This document shows, piece by piece, positions 1 to 12,565 of a stretch of 64,000 nucleotides of DNA. The stretch spans positions 4,310,211 through 4,374,210 of the forward strand of contig OZ316897.1 in assembly GCA_973895155.1 (NCBI GenBank). The letters run 5' to 3'. Source of the stretch: Marsupella aquatica (Eukaryota; Plantae; Marchantiophyta). The translations under genes were made by a program, and so were the position numbers. A model generated the notes under the pieces. The model was given only the letters and a program-made list of their open reading frames with translations, did no database searches and had not been told where the DNA came from. Each line of letters opens with the position of its first letter. Position 1 is the first letter of the stretch.

Positions 1-1608
1 TGTAAAGTTAATCATATACTCGAAAACGAAGTAACGAAAAATTATGAAGTTTCGATGCTCGTCTATTTGAGAAGTAACTTGGTTCAACTTGCTGTATGGG
101 ATGCATTCCATCATTGTATCACTCGCGGATGGGTACATCATTGACGGTATTGTACTTGCAAAGCGAACTCAAGTAGACTATTAAGGATTGGGTTAGATCC
201 CACGAAAATGGATGTTCAGAGGTTTTCTTTTCGGCAATGTGGAGCTGAAAGCAATCGGGCTGGTCTTCACTATGACAATTTCTCTTAGCAATCAAATTTC
301 TGCAAATTTCTCACCGAGAAGAAATCATCAGCAAATTGCAAACATATTTGAGAGTAATTTATCACTCTTGACGTAATTGGTTGAATCCATCCAAGCACTG
401 TGAAGATGAATGCCCAGGGAGAGTTGGGTACCATATATCAGTTGCTGAGATGCGATTCAGTTCAGTATGTCCCTGCTTTCGCTAATATCCTTGCACTTCC
501 TGGGATGAAGAATTTTTCGTAGAATTTGATTAGAAATTCGTTTCCACGCTGTCTATGACGAGTTTTTTCCAGTGAAGAGTACCCCGAACTGTAGTTGCCT
601 ATGTCACACTCGGCTGTAGGAGACGTGTAGTCGAAAGCTGGACTGTCTCGTGCTCGATGAATGAGATGAATAAATCAGTGTAGTTATCAGAGGAGCATGA
701 GCCATTCAAGTGTGACTGCCTTCATTCTTTCACAGTCTAGCCTCAGCGACCCCTCTATATATTGGCATCCTCCCATCACCTGTGAGTTTTGGGTCTAGAT
801 TGGAGTTCCCATCCCCTGTGACATTTTTGGATCCAAATCCTGCTACTGTATAAGTAATATTTTCTCCCTCGCACCCTGTCTCATAATTGTCTGACATGCA
901 ACAATTTGAACCCCTGAAATTCTTTCTAGTTGGTCCACGACTAAAGACTTATCCTTGAAAGTCAAGAAAGGTTTATGCATATTGAACAAAGGATACTCTT
1001 GAAAATTGAGAAAATGTTTCTGCATACTGAAATCTTGCGACCATCAATTCTCATCCTGCTGCTCCGGCCTCTTGCACCAGCAACCTCGTTGCACAAATTT
1101 TCGCAAACCGTAACTTGATTCTAATGAGTCATCCATGTTGTGACATTGCTAAATGAAAGCACTGTTTTAGCATAAATCTCACTTTGTTATTCCTGAACAT
1201 CCTATCCCCACTACACCCACCCATAAGAAACATAACAAATGTGCATGCAATCAAATGAGAGTTGAGCCAGTTTACCGGGAGCGCTTCCAGCTGCCCAGCA
1301 ATTGCTTCATATCTGAATTGCTTTCAATTGCTCAATATCTGAAGATAATATTTCATTTAATTTGATTATACCACTTTGTTCAGTCACGGGACCTGGTGGG
1401 CGATCGGCCCAAGATTCTTGAAGGTGGATGGAAGCCATTTTCTCTACGCAGTGGACACATGAAATCGAATCTGCAAACTACTAGTGTAGTTGATAGAGGA
1501 AGAAGCCAGGTGCTCGAAGAAGGTCAAATCGCACGTCCCCTTTTTAACTCCGTGAAGATGGGGTATCTCATTATATCTTGCACTGTTTTATTGGTCTTAC
1601 TGAGTTTA

Positions 1609-3133
1609 CTAGATATATATTTACGGGCCCCACTAGGGGTCCCTTCCAAAAATTTGAGACTCCAGAGCGCGTCACGTCATCATGACATGTTCCAAACAGG
1701 TATGGATTGGTTTACAAAATAAAATTACTTCACCGTTCGTGTTTGTGGCAGGATTTTGGTAAAATTGAGGACGCCATGCTGTAAACCTTGATGTAAAAAT
1801 GTTTGAAAAATAATCGTTTTATTTACCCTAGGTAACAGACTGTTCGATTAGTAGGAGGCCCACCTTCCGTGTTTTTTACCCTGAGTAACCACTGTCCACC
1901 CGCATTCTGAATTGTGTTTCAATTGAATAATAACTAACTCTCTCTCGACAAGTTGATATGATGACAAAGTAATTGTGACAATTTTCTCGACCTTCTGCTG
2001 CCACAAAGGAAGAAGTGGACATAATTCTATGTTGGATCACTCAACACTCCTTTCCATGGCGTCATCATTGCAGTTCCTAACTCGGTGATGCCTCTCACTA
2101 CTGTTAGATTGTCCAACGCATGAGGCACGAGCGAACGAAAGAGAAGCAAGCTTAGCAGGGTTCAGTAAGGGCCTCGTCTACGTGTAGATGGTGTTGAAGA
2201 GCCTGGGCATGAAAGAATGACATAGTTATAAGAAGTGTCAGCAGATGATCAAGGGAGTCTATGCGGACCGTAATGGGAAGGTGGACTTTCAGGAGTTCAA
2301 GGGGTCCACTAACTAATCTATTTGTATGTCTGGGAAAATTTCCAGACACACTGGGTAAATTCAAAACTTCTTAAAAGATTACACTCCTCAGAACACTGGC
2401 ATCTCTCTCTAAGTGCACAATTGATAAGCACAAACCCTGGATAATTTCAAGGCATCCCATTCTTTCCTTTTTGACCATTTTGCAGTTCTTGTAAGTGCAA
2501 AGAGGCCTGCACTATATAACAAATATAGAATATTATGATGTGGCTTTTTAGGGTTGCTTGGCATGGTTAGTGTGTTTTTTTGTTGGCAGCTTGGCCCATC
2601 AATGGCTGGTGGTGCCCTCTTTGTCTTTGCTTGGGTGGTTTTTGCCCCCTTGTGTGGTTTGAGGCCCTGCACCCATTTTGGAAAAAAAAGGTACTAACAT
2701 GTAAGTACACATTCAATCATCTTTTTTTTCCCCTTGGGAGCCTCATTCCAAAAGGGGGTCTCATATCATATGCAAAATTTTGGGGGAATAAACACCCTAA
2801 AGCTTATTTAAGTAAATAAAGTTTTTAAAGTGATTTTTTAACCCCCAACTTTTTTGGAATATTCTTGAAATATTTTCATATCTGATTTAAAAAATCCTAT
2901 GATATTATCATTCTCAAAACTGGATTAAAATACCCCTAAAGTTCTTCCCAAAAACATTTAAAGTATTTTACTAACCCCAATAAAAAACCCTATACTTATT
3001 TGCACTTGATGGGTCGAAAGAAAAGATGTGATTGAGGACCCTGGGTTTTTCTTAAAGCACATTCTTCATGCCCTTCTTGTTCATATTAAACTTTTGAAGT
3101 TATTATTTTCCATCACATTCACATTTAACATCT
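1609..3133 (-). mobile_element. Non-autonomous Helitron-like element, 3' part (abuts the copia; 5' end not located)
   Basis: Minus strand reads ...GGAAGGGACCCCTAGTGGGGCCCGTAAATATATATCTAG|T. This is a GC-rich hairpin (1625-1643) 12 nt before a terminal CTAG (1609-1612) followed by T, the canonical Helitron 3' end. Related sequence recurs at 46596-46766 (inverted) and around 38640-38760. Confidence 0.6.
2188..2304 (+). pseudogene. Calmodulin-like (CML) C-terminal EF-hand gene fragment
   Basis: Translates MVLKSLGMKE*HSYKKCQQMIKGVYADRNGKVDFQEFKG, matching the plant CML pattern (VL.SLG.K.G....C..MI..VD.DG.G.V.F.EFK). It has an in-frame stop and damaged Ca-binding loop residues. Confidence 0.7.
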
Positions 3134-3485
3134 TGTTAGATATTGCTCTAGTCTTGTGACTCATGAGCTAACTACAGTTAGGCTAACTCGGGTTAGGACT
3201 TAGCTAATGTGAGCGGTAGTGCTGTTGTGTATATAGCCAGGGCTGATGCCAGACCTTGGTGGAACTTAGGCTCATTGTTACGGAGCTAGTTGAGAGATAG
3301 GGTCGGAGAGCTTGTGCTGTGGATGCTTGGTATGGCCGGTCGGCCTAGAGTGCAGTATATAAAGCTCTTGTGTGTTCCCGTGGACGTAACCTCATGTGGA
3401 AGTGAATCATGTATCTCTCTATGTTGACTATTGTGCGTTGGATGGTTCATGGGCTTGCCGTTACAAATGTCGTCTATGCTCAACA
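3134..3485 (+). repeat. Copia 5' LTR (352 bp)
   Basis: TGTTAGATATTGCTC...GCTCAACA. By manual count it differs from the 3' LTR by about 10 substitutions and one 2-bp indel. Confidence 0.95.
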
Positions 3486-3487
3486 AG

Positions 3488-3499
3488 TGGTATCAGAGC
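3488..3499 (+). other. Primer-binding site (initiator tRNA-Met)
   Basis: TGGTATCAGAGC, 2 nt after the 5' LTR. Confidence 0.95.
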
Positions 3500-4340
3500 A
3501 TGCCTGGGAGGTGACGAGGTTTTTTCATGACAGGTTTTTCCAGCGTTCATTGTCGGTGACACATTCGGAGTTTCGTCGCATGAAACTTGAATGTGTGTGG
3601 TTGAGCGGATAGGTTAGTGAGAGGGCTTTCTAACGGTGGTTAGAACTCGCTGATCGGTATCCATGGTGAGGAGAAATTGAAGTTTGCGTCGTTCAGGGTT
3701 TATTCGTGTTTGACGGTATTTCGGGGGAGAGACCAGAGTTTGCGTTTTTCAACGGTGTGAGTTGTGCGGTGTTTGGGAGATCATACATAATAGCTCAAGT
3801 TGAAGGTTGAAGCGAGCTGGTCATTTCGGTAGTTGGATTGCTGCCGAGTTATTACCAAGTGCGACGTGACGAGTGACGGAGGCGTTCAGGTTTTTTCACA
3901 AGCTATGGAGCTGTTCACATCTGAACCGAGTTTCTCTTCGTGACGTCCAACTCGGTGGATGAAACATGAAGTGCTACGGCTCAACGGTTTGATTGCAATG
4001 AGGCGGTCGTTTTGAGCCCGGGATTGGCACTTGACGTGGAGTAAAGACGACGCGACAGAAATTGTTTACTCAGCTGGAGCTGCAGACTGTGCCGGTGAAA
4101 TTCAAAAACTTTTCCCGTCGGCGGCGTTCACTTTACTCGTGAGAAATAGCGGCCATTAAGGTGTGCATTGTCATTTTTTATTGCGGAGTCCATTTTTTGC
4201 TTTATAAAGAGGTTTAATAGAGGCACCCTTTTGTGTGTATACTGTGTGTATACACACACAATATACCCCCCCGGCCCTCGCATACCCGACCCCCCCCACT
4301 CCTCTTACTCAGTCGTCCGGCAGCCCTGCGCAAAAGCAAC

Positions 4341-4579
4341 CTCGGGGGGGTCACTTCCATGGAAGTGGTATATCACGTGCGACAAAGTATAAGGCCATTT
4401 AAATGGTTTTGGTGGATGACTTATTAAGTCTTCAATGGAAACATAGGGTTGTTTAATTGCAAAATGCATACATGTCATCACATGATTGGTGCCGTACAAC
4501 TTTATAGAAAGGGGTTATAATTAAATGACCCAAACTGTCGCACGTGATGTATGACCCTTCATATAGTGACCCCCCCGAG
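4341..4579. mobile_element. MITE (239 bp) nested in the copia leader
   Basis: Termini CTCGGGGGGGTCACT / AGTGACCCCCCCGAG with imperfect inverted repeat extending about 45 bp (ATCACGTGCGACA / TGTCGCACGTGAT). 8-bp flanks AAAGCAAC / AAAGCAGC. Confidence 0.7.
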
Positions 4580-5407
4580 AAAGCAGCCGCTCGGTTGCTG
4601 CTGCGTTTTTCCCCGGTTTTCCCCGTGGTACCCCCCGCGCCTCGGTTCACGCCCTTGCAGGCAGCCGGCGGCCCCTCACAGCTGCCCCTTCCCTTTGTGC
4701 CCCGCCCTCCCTCTTTATGTTACTCCGTGCGCGACCGGACTCCTTGCCTGTCGCTCTGACCTTGCCGCTCCCCCTCGCAACGTTTCCTTCCCTTTTCGGC
4801 CTCGTATGCTCCTGTATACTATGCGCGTACCCTGTACCTTGCCTGACCTGCCTCGCGTATGCGCATTTTTTGAGCGTATTTTTTGCTAAGGGGCATTTGG
4901 ACCCCCTTTAGGGCCCTATTTTAAGCTGTTTTTCCTTCTCCTTAGTTTTTCCTTTGTGCCGGGACCTGCCGCCCTCCATTTTAACCGCTCCGACAGGGGG
5001 AACGGCCCCCTGTGAGACCTGTCAGATTGTGCGGGAATATTCCCAAAAAACAGAGAGCTGTTTTTCGGCCGTCCGACAAAGATTTTGTCCGCCAAACGGT
5101 AACTTTTTTGGTTCTTTTTTGGTGAGGACGTTGCCACTGGAGTTAGCAACGCAGCGCACCGATCACATCGCAATTCTGACGACGGGTTGTACTGGGTATT
5201 TTGGTTATTCTCTGAGGTGGTCAAAATGGGAGAGTTTCCCAAGGTTTTACCCACCTCGACCAAAATTTGAATAACTTTTCCGTCAAATTTTTATTTTTAT
5301 TTTGGCTTTAAGTATTGGACTCCTAGCTTCGTGGGCTACACGGTGGTGTTGAGTTTTGAGTTTTGTGAGAAGTTTCGAAAAAAGACGTTTTTTCGTGATT
5401 GTTTCAT

Positions 5408-8400
5408 ATGAGTGACTCGGAGGATACTGGAAGAATTGGCATCAATGGAGCTTCAGGATCGCGACGGTCAGACGGAGAGTCTGAGGAGGAGCTGCTACCG
5501 TTTGAGGAAGAACTAGTGACACCGGTACAATCACCGGTGCGACGTGCAGTGGAGGAAGCTGTGTTACTACCAGAGCTGTCGGTAGTAGGGAAGAAGAGGG
5601 AGATGGCTAGATTTGGAGGAGTGAAGTTTGAGGTGGAGAAGTACGATGGTCGTACTGATTACTTGCTCTGGGAGAAGCAAGTGAAGGGTGTTCTACGGGC
5701 CATGGGCTTAGCTCATCTGCTTTCATCGCGAGAGTAGTATGATGGAGAGGAGGAGATTTTTGTGAGACAGTGGAGACAGGAGCAGGTGATTGCTGTCAAT
5801 GCAGTGATGCTATATCTCAAGCCGCACATCATCAAGCAGCTGGATAATTATGCGGATTGCGCGTCACTATTCAAGGCTCTAAGAGAGAAGTACTACTGGG
5901 AAGATGCGTCAGACCAGCTTTACAAGAAGTCTCTCTTGATGAACCTCAGGCTCAAGGAAGGGAGCAAGATGCAGGATCACCTGGATGAGTTTGACAGTCT
6001 AGCGGTGGATCTATCAAACCTGGGAAAAGGAGTTGAAGATGAGGATAAGGCCTTGCTTCTGCTAAGCTCCTTACTGCCGTCATATCAGGGCTTGAAACAG
6101 GTGCTCTTGTATAGAGATCTGAAGTTTATTTTGTATAATGAGGTGGTGAGCTCTTTACTGTCTTATGATGCTCAGAAGAAGCTGGGTCAATCACAGATAG
6201 CATCTTCTTCTGGCACTGCGCTCAATGTGAACAAGGGAAGAGCAGCGCAGCGCTCGAATGGGCAGAATAGGTTTAGATCTACATCATGGGGGAGATCTAA
6301 ATCCAGAGGGAAATCGCAAGAGAGGAAGCCTCTTGCATGTTGGAATTGTGGCAAGCCTGGCCACATGAAAAGGGATTGTCAAATAAAGGTCCCTACTGCC
6401 TCTGCTAACGCGGCATCGAGCTCGCATGAGGTAGATTTTCTTGATGATGATGACATATCGTGATGTCAAGGTTACGCTCTCAACGTAGTGTCAAATCCAG
6501 GTAGTGATGACTGGATTCTAGATAGTGCATGTACTTTTCACATTTGCTCTAGGAGAGATTGTTTCAATTCTTACACGGTTTCCAACGGGTCAGTGTTGAT
6601 GGGAAATGAAATCCCATGTCAAGTTGTTGGACTTGGATCTATAAGATTTCAGATATTTGATGGTGCTGTGAGAACGTTGAGGAATGTGAGACATATTCCC
6701 AGCATGATGAAAAATCTCATTTCACTTGGAGTTTTAGAAGCAAATGGCCATCAGTGGAGTTCTGCTAATGGTGTCCTTTAGGTTTCAACTGGTATTAAAG
6801 TTGTATTGAAGGGAAAGAGACATTGCAATATGTACGTTTTGGAGGGCAGTGTAGTTTGTGATGAAGCCAATGTAACCTTATCTCATGAGGAGACGGCCCG
6901 GCTATGGCACTTCCGTGTGGGCCACATGAGTGAAAAAGGTTTGGTTATTCTTCAGAAGAAATGATTACTTTCTAATTTGCAATCTTGTAAGTTGGAATTT
7001 TGTGAGCACTGTGTGCTAGGGAAGCAGCACAGGAAACCCTTCGGAGTTGGAACTCACACCAGCAAGGAGGTACTTGAGTATGTACATAGTGATGTGTGGG
7101 GTCCAGCCCCTACTCCCTCACATTCTGGACGGTTATACTATGTCACGTTCATAGACGATTACTCAAGGTATGTGTGGATATATTTTCTACACAATAAGTC
7201 TGATGTTTTTGCCACTTTTAAGGAGTGGAAAGCCCAAGTAGAGAATCAGACTGGTAATAAGGTGAGATATCTTCGATCGGATAACGGCGGTGAATACAAT
7301 TCCGGGGAATTTGGAACGTATTGTAAGGAGCAGGGGATTACCCGCCATCTCACAACAAGTTATACTCCTCAATAGAATGGTATTTCTAAGAGACTCAACC
7401 GAACACTATTGGACCGCTCAAGGAGTATGTTGAGTCAATCATGTTTATCACATGAGTTTTGGGCTAAAGCTGTCAACACTATAGCTTATTTGGTAAATTT
7501 TGTTCCATCCAATTCTATTGGATTCAAGACGCCATTTGAAATGAGGTACGGGCGTCCAGTAGATTACTCACATCTGAGGATTTTTGGATGTGATGCTTAT
7601 GTGCTTACACCTTCCCAGCTTCGATCCAAGCTGGAGTCCAAGTCGAAGAAGTGCATTTTCCTTGGCTATCAGAAAAGTGTGAAGGGTTATAGGTTATGGG
7701 ATCCAGTAACCTGTAAACTAATTGTCAGTAGAGATGTGTCCTTTAATGAATCCAGATCATCAAAAGAGGGGGAGAGTTCTCAGGACTCCCATACTGACAT
7801 GGGGAAATCTCCCATCCCGGATTGGATTGAGGGGGAGATTAGTCATGATGCTGTTCATGACAGGAGAGATGGAGAAGCTCCGGGCTTGGAGCTGGTTCCT
7901 GTGATGGAACAAGAGGAGCAGATTGTTGCTGGGGTACCTCAAATTCAACCACCAGCAGCAGCAGATCAGTCTGAGTCATCTACTAGAAGAACTTTCAGTC
8001 ATTCTACTAGAGCTCCTACCAGGTATGGTCAATGGGCAGACTCATCTAAGCTAGATGATATTGACATTGCACCTGATGATGATGACATGGCTTTAATCTT
8101 GGAAGAAGGAGAGCCTTCTTTGTACAGTGAGGCTTGTGCTTCAGAGCAGAAGCATGAGTGGAATGCAGCAATGCAGAGAGAATTGCAATCTTTGAGTGAC
8201 AACAAGATATGGGAGCTGGTGGAGCTTCCAAGAGGTCAGCCAATGGTGGACAGCAAGTGGATTTACAAGTTGAAGGACAGTCCTTCAGAGGGTGGAGATA
8301 AGATCTACAAGGCAAGGCTTGTTGCCAAGGGATTCACTCAGGAGAAAGGAGTGGATTACAATGAGGTCTTTTCACCGGTGGCTAAGTATTCCACAATTCG

Positions 8401-9697
8401 GATCTTGTGTCAACTTGTTGTGTTTTTTGGTCTGGTGATGAATCAGATGGATGTTGTTACTGCTTTTCTCTATGGAAACTTGGAAGAGTTGATCTTCATG
8501 AGACAACCACTAGGCTTTATGAAGAAGAGCCAAGAGAACTTAGTTTGCAGATTGCTGAAGTCCTTGTATGGATTGAAGCAATCTCCCAGACAGTGGAACA
8601 AGCGGTTTGATGATTTCATGCTTGCTCAAAGTTTTACAAGGATGATGTATGATCCTTGTGTGTATACAAAATCAGTCAAGAATGATGTGTTTGGTTTCAT
8701 CATTCTGGTTATTTATGTGGATGACATGATGATTGTGGCTAAAGATCAATCTGAGGTTGACAGTCTCAAGGCAAAATTGAGTGCTGAATTCAGGATGAAG
8801 GATCTTGGTAAGGCCAAGAGGATCTTAGGGATGGAGATTTTTAGGAACTCTGATACTGGACAATTGTGCTTGAGTCAAGGCCAGTATGCAAGGAAAATAC
8901 TTGCACGATTCAACATGGAAAACTGTAAGCCAGTGAGTATTCCTTTAGCTTCACATTTCAAGTTATCATCGGCTTTCTCTCCTACGGATGCTGTGGAGAA
9001 AGGTCTGATGGCTAAGATTCCTTATGAGAATTGAAGGCAGTAGGCAGTCTGATGTATTTGATGACTTGTACTAGGCCTGACTTGGCCCTAGCGATGGGCA
9101 AGGTTAGCAGATTCATGTCAAATCCAGGGAAGGTACATTGAATTGGGAAGCTGTGAAGTGGATTCTCAGGTATCTGAAGGGAACACAGGACTATGGATTA
9201 CTATTTGATAACAGATCAGATAGAACGTTAGTTGGCTATGTAGATTCTGACTATGGAGGCTGTCTAGATACAAGGAGGTCTACAACTGGTTTTGTATACA
9301 CTCTTGGAGGAGGATGTATCAGTTAGAAATCTACCTTGCAGAAGTGCATATCTCAGTCTACTACAGAAGCAGAGTATGTTGCAGCAGCAGAAGCAGCAAA
9401 GGAAGCAATTTGGTTGGATAAGTTGATCGCGGAGATGGATTTAGAGCATGGAAAAATGACTCTAAACTGTGATAGTCAGAGTACTCTTCACTTGGCTGCT
9501 AACCAGGTGATGGATAGCAGGGTGAAGCACATTGATATCAGGTACCATTTTATCAGGCAAGCAGTGTCTGATAAAACTTTTGAGCTAGTCAAGATTGATG
9601 GAAAGCTCAAATGAATCCCACTGATGCCTTTACCAAAGTGATTCCTTTGGAGAGTTTCTCAAGACACCGTGCTACTTTGCAGGTTTTGCAATTGTAG
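5408..9697 (+). pseudogene. Copia gag-pol polyprotein, disrupted by stops and frameshifts
   Basis: Zinc knuckle CWNCGKPGHMKRDC; protease WILDSACTFH; integrase HSDVWGP and RSDNGGEY; RT YKARLVAKG and YVDDMMI; RNase H GYVDSDYGG and KHIDIRYHFIR. Premature stops at about 5735, 6461, 6779, 7373 and 9324; frameshifts at about 9032, 9139 and 9611. Confidence 0.95.
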
Positions 9698-9904
9698 TGC
9701 AAGTAGAGTTATTTAGCAATGTGTGACTATTTGTATATGGATTACTCATTCCTGTTTGGCTACGGCTTAGTTCTAGTTAACCCTTAGTTAACCCTTGTGG
9801 TTTTTAGGGGGAGACCTGGTTTGGTGATTGTCTAGAACTTCCCGCTGAGGATTCCATATGATAGCATTTAGTTCAGTCCCCAAGACAAGAGTCAAGGGGG
9901 AGTT

Positions 9905-10258
9905 TGTTAGATATTGCTCGATAGTCTTGTGACTCATGAGCTAACTACAGTTAGGCTAACTCGGGTTAGGACTTAGCTAATGTTAGCGGTAGTGCTGTTG
10001 TGTATATAGCCAGGGCTGATGCCAGACCTTGGTGAAACTTAGGCTCATTGTTACGGAGCTAGTTGAGAGATAGGGTCGGAGAGCTTGTGCTGTGGATGCT
10101 TGGTATGGCCGGTCGGCCTAGAGTGCAGTATATAAAGTTCTTGTGTGTTCCCGTGGACGTAACCTCATGTGGAGGTGAACCACGTATCTCTCTGTGTCGA
10201 CTATTGTGCGTTGGATGGTTCATGGGCTTGCCGTTATGAATGTCGTCTATGCTCAACA
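9905..10258 (+). repeat. Copia 3' LTR (354 bp), preceded by the PPT
   Basis: Direct repeat of 3134-3485, with AAGAGTCAAGGGGGAG immediately upstream. Confidence 0.95.
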
Positions 10259-11369
10259 CATGCATGGGCATTGAGTAATAAGCTTGGAAAGATGTCGATG
10301 TAGATTATGCAAGGAGTTGGACCACCACTTCTCATGTGAGAAGAAGGTCAAAGTGTACAAGAGACACTTGCCCCTTGGAGTAGTTATAGCCCTCAAATAG
10401 TTATGATCACTACTTGTCCACTACATTATTCCTTTATTATGGACTCTCATGTAAAACTTCCAAAATATTTACATCATGTGCAAACGAAGTAAGGGGTGTA
10501 TTATTCATTTTAGGGAAATACTTAGAATTAGCAAGGAAGTAAGTAAGGAGGTAACAATTAAAAAGTGCCACTTGTCATCACATGATTCATTCCTTGTCAC
10601 ATATATGTCAATAAATGATTAGTGTGTTTTTTGAGCTTCCTATAATTCCTTTTAGAGGAGTGATTAAATAGGGGTGTTCGGACAAACTATACAACAATTT
10701 CATAAGGTGAACCCTCCTAATGTATAGAGCACTATTGTAGAAGGTGAACCCTCCTAATGTAAACCCTCCTAATGTATAGAGCACTATTGTAGAAGGGTGT
10801 AGCAGACAAACGTTTGAAATCTGCAAAAAGATCCCTGGTGCTAAAGTACTACTTTAGGTCTGCACAAGTAAGCCGACAAGCGTTTTTGTTGTCCGTCAAT
10901 CCTAAAATACAATTATAGGTTTTTTGTGTCCGTCAATCCCAAAATCCAATTTTAGGTCTCCAGTCAGAAGTTGTGCGAACAAGTTTTTTCTGTGGTGTTC
11001 TTCAATAGAAGCCCAATTGAAATGAGTCTCTTTGCCTCTCCGGCATAATTTACCGTTTTCCCCAATTCTATCACTCCACCGGCCTGTTCGTAATTTGGGT
11101 AACGTAAGCCTATTTTGACGGTGGCACAGCCAGTATCACACGCGCCGTGGGCACGGCAGAGCTAATTTGGCCTCGCTGTTCCAGAAGGGCACACGTTCGT
11201 CCATGCCCTCCTCCTCGTCACGCTGATCTATGTCATGTTTCGTCCGAGAGCACGCTTCCCCATGACCAGAGAGCTGAGAGCGAACTGTTTGGCCTCGAGG
11301 ACCTTCAATTCAGGGCAACTCAGAATTACATGGGCTTCTTTTACGTGTAGGTGCTTTCTGGGCCCGTGT

Positions 11370-11550
11370 GAACTCTTTTGAGCTTTTGCTTCTAGGGGCT
11401 TTGTCCCCACTGTAGATTCAGGGCAAACGAAACTATCTTGGGACGGTTCAGGAACTCTTTTGGGCTTTTGCTTCTAGGGGCTTTATCGGCTTTGTCCACA
11501 CTGTAGATTCAGGGCAAACGAAACTATCTTGGGACGGTTCAGGGACTCTT
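11370..11550. repeat. Local ~85-bp tandem duplication, possibly within a decayed LRR-type gene remnant
   Basis: GAACTCTTTTG.GCTTTTGCTTCTAGGGGCTTT...CACTGTAGATTCAGGGCAAACGAAACTATCTTGGGACGGTTCAGG occurs twice. The adjacent minus-strand reading LSCPELKVLEAK is LRR-like, but this is weak. Confidence 0.7.
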
Positions 11551-12565
11551 CCCAAAGAAATATTGATCTGAAGGGGATGAGCAAGACAGGAAACAGTCAC
11601 TGGAATTCAATTATATAATGTCTTCAAGGTTCCAAGCTGTACTGAAGAAGCGTTGACGAGCTCTCCAGGGTTACCGCATAGGAAAGGTGGCACCGTCGAC
11701 ACATTGCTGAGCTAATTACTGTGTTCTGACTCCCACGCTTCGTATGTTCCAAACTGAAGTCGCTCGATCATGTCGGCAGCTGGATGAATTGAATCTGAGT
11801 CATGAAGCTCGATTGGCAATGTTGTGCACTGAACGTACTGACGCACAACTTGACCTTAGACTGCTGCATTACCTCTACATCATCTGACTGGCGGACTTTG
11901 ATTTTGGTTTCTCAGTCTCTTGCAACTGCGCAAGTGAGTCAATTCTCACCTACCTCCATATTTATTTCTTCCGGAATTTGAATGAAAACATAGTTTAGCC
12001 ATTGGAGCTCGATCTCAGAACAACTCCCTTAATTGAATAGAATGTTTCCAGACCTGCAAAATCAGAATCACTTCCAGCCTTCTAAGCTAAGCCATGGGCG
12101 TTCTCGTGCCAGTTTTCTGTACGTTGTCAGGGCAGTACAGTACCTCGTTGGAATTGGCCTTCGTTTCTCAGAGTACTAGCTTTGGTAGAATTCCTCCGGA
12201 TAGAACAGACTAAGCCGCTCTCATAACATACTTCAATTTTCTAACCTCGTAGTTGTCTTCTTTGTGTTGGTACTCTCGTATCAGATATTGCTCATTTGAT
12301 TAGACAATGACCATCAGATCAATCAATTGCGCAATGGCAATCCTAGAGGCAAAGTTTCACTATTCAATTGTCAAGGAACGCAGGTTGCTATGGTATGTTA
12401 CTGTGTTGTAGCTGCGATCGAGTGGTTCATATATGTTTCGATCCATTGATTGATTGTAGGACGACAACTGCTCGTGCTCATCCGTGAGCAAGAACTATTC
12501 ACGACGTCCTGGCGTTAGTGTGCGATCTCCCCGATTTACTTTGTGGGCGGCCGCTTAAAGTGAGG

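Larger units (their letters stand above)
3134..10258 (+). mobile_element. Full-length, decayed Ty1/copia LTR retrotransposon
   Basis: Paired TG...CA LTRs at 3134-3485 and 9905-10258, tRNA-iMet PBS, polypurine tract before the 3' LTR, and gag-PR-INT-RT-RH domain order. Flanks CATCT/CATGC give an imperfect 5-bp TSD. Confidence 0.97.
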
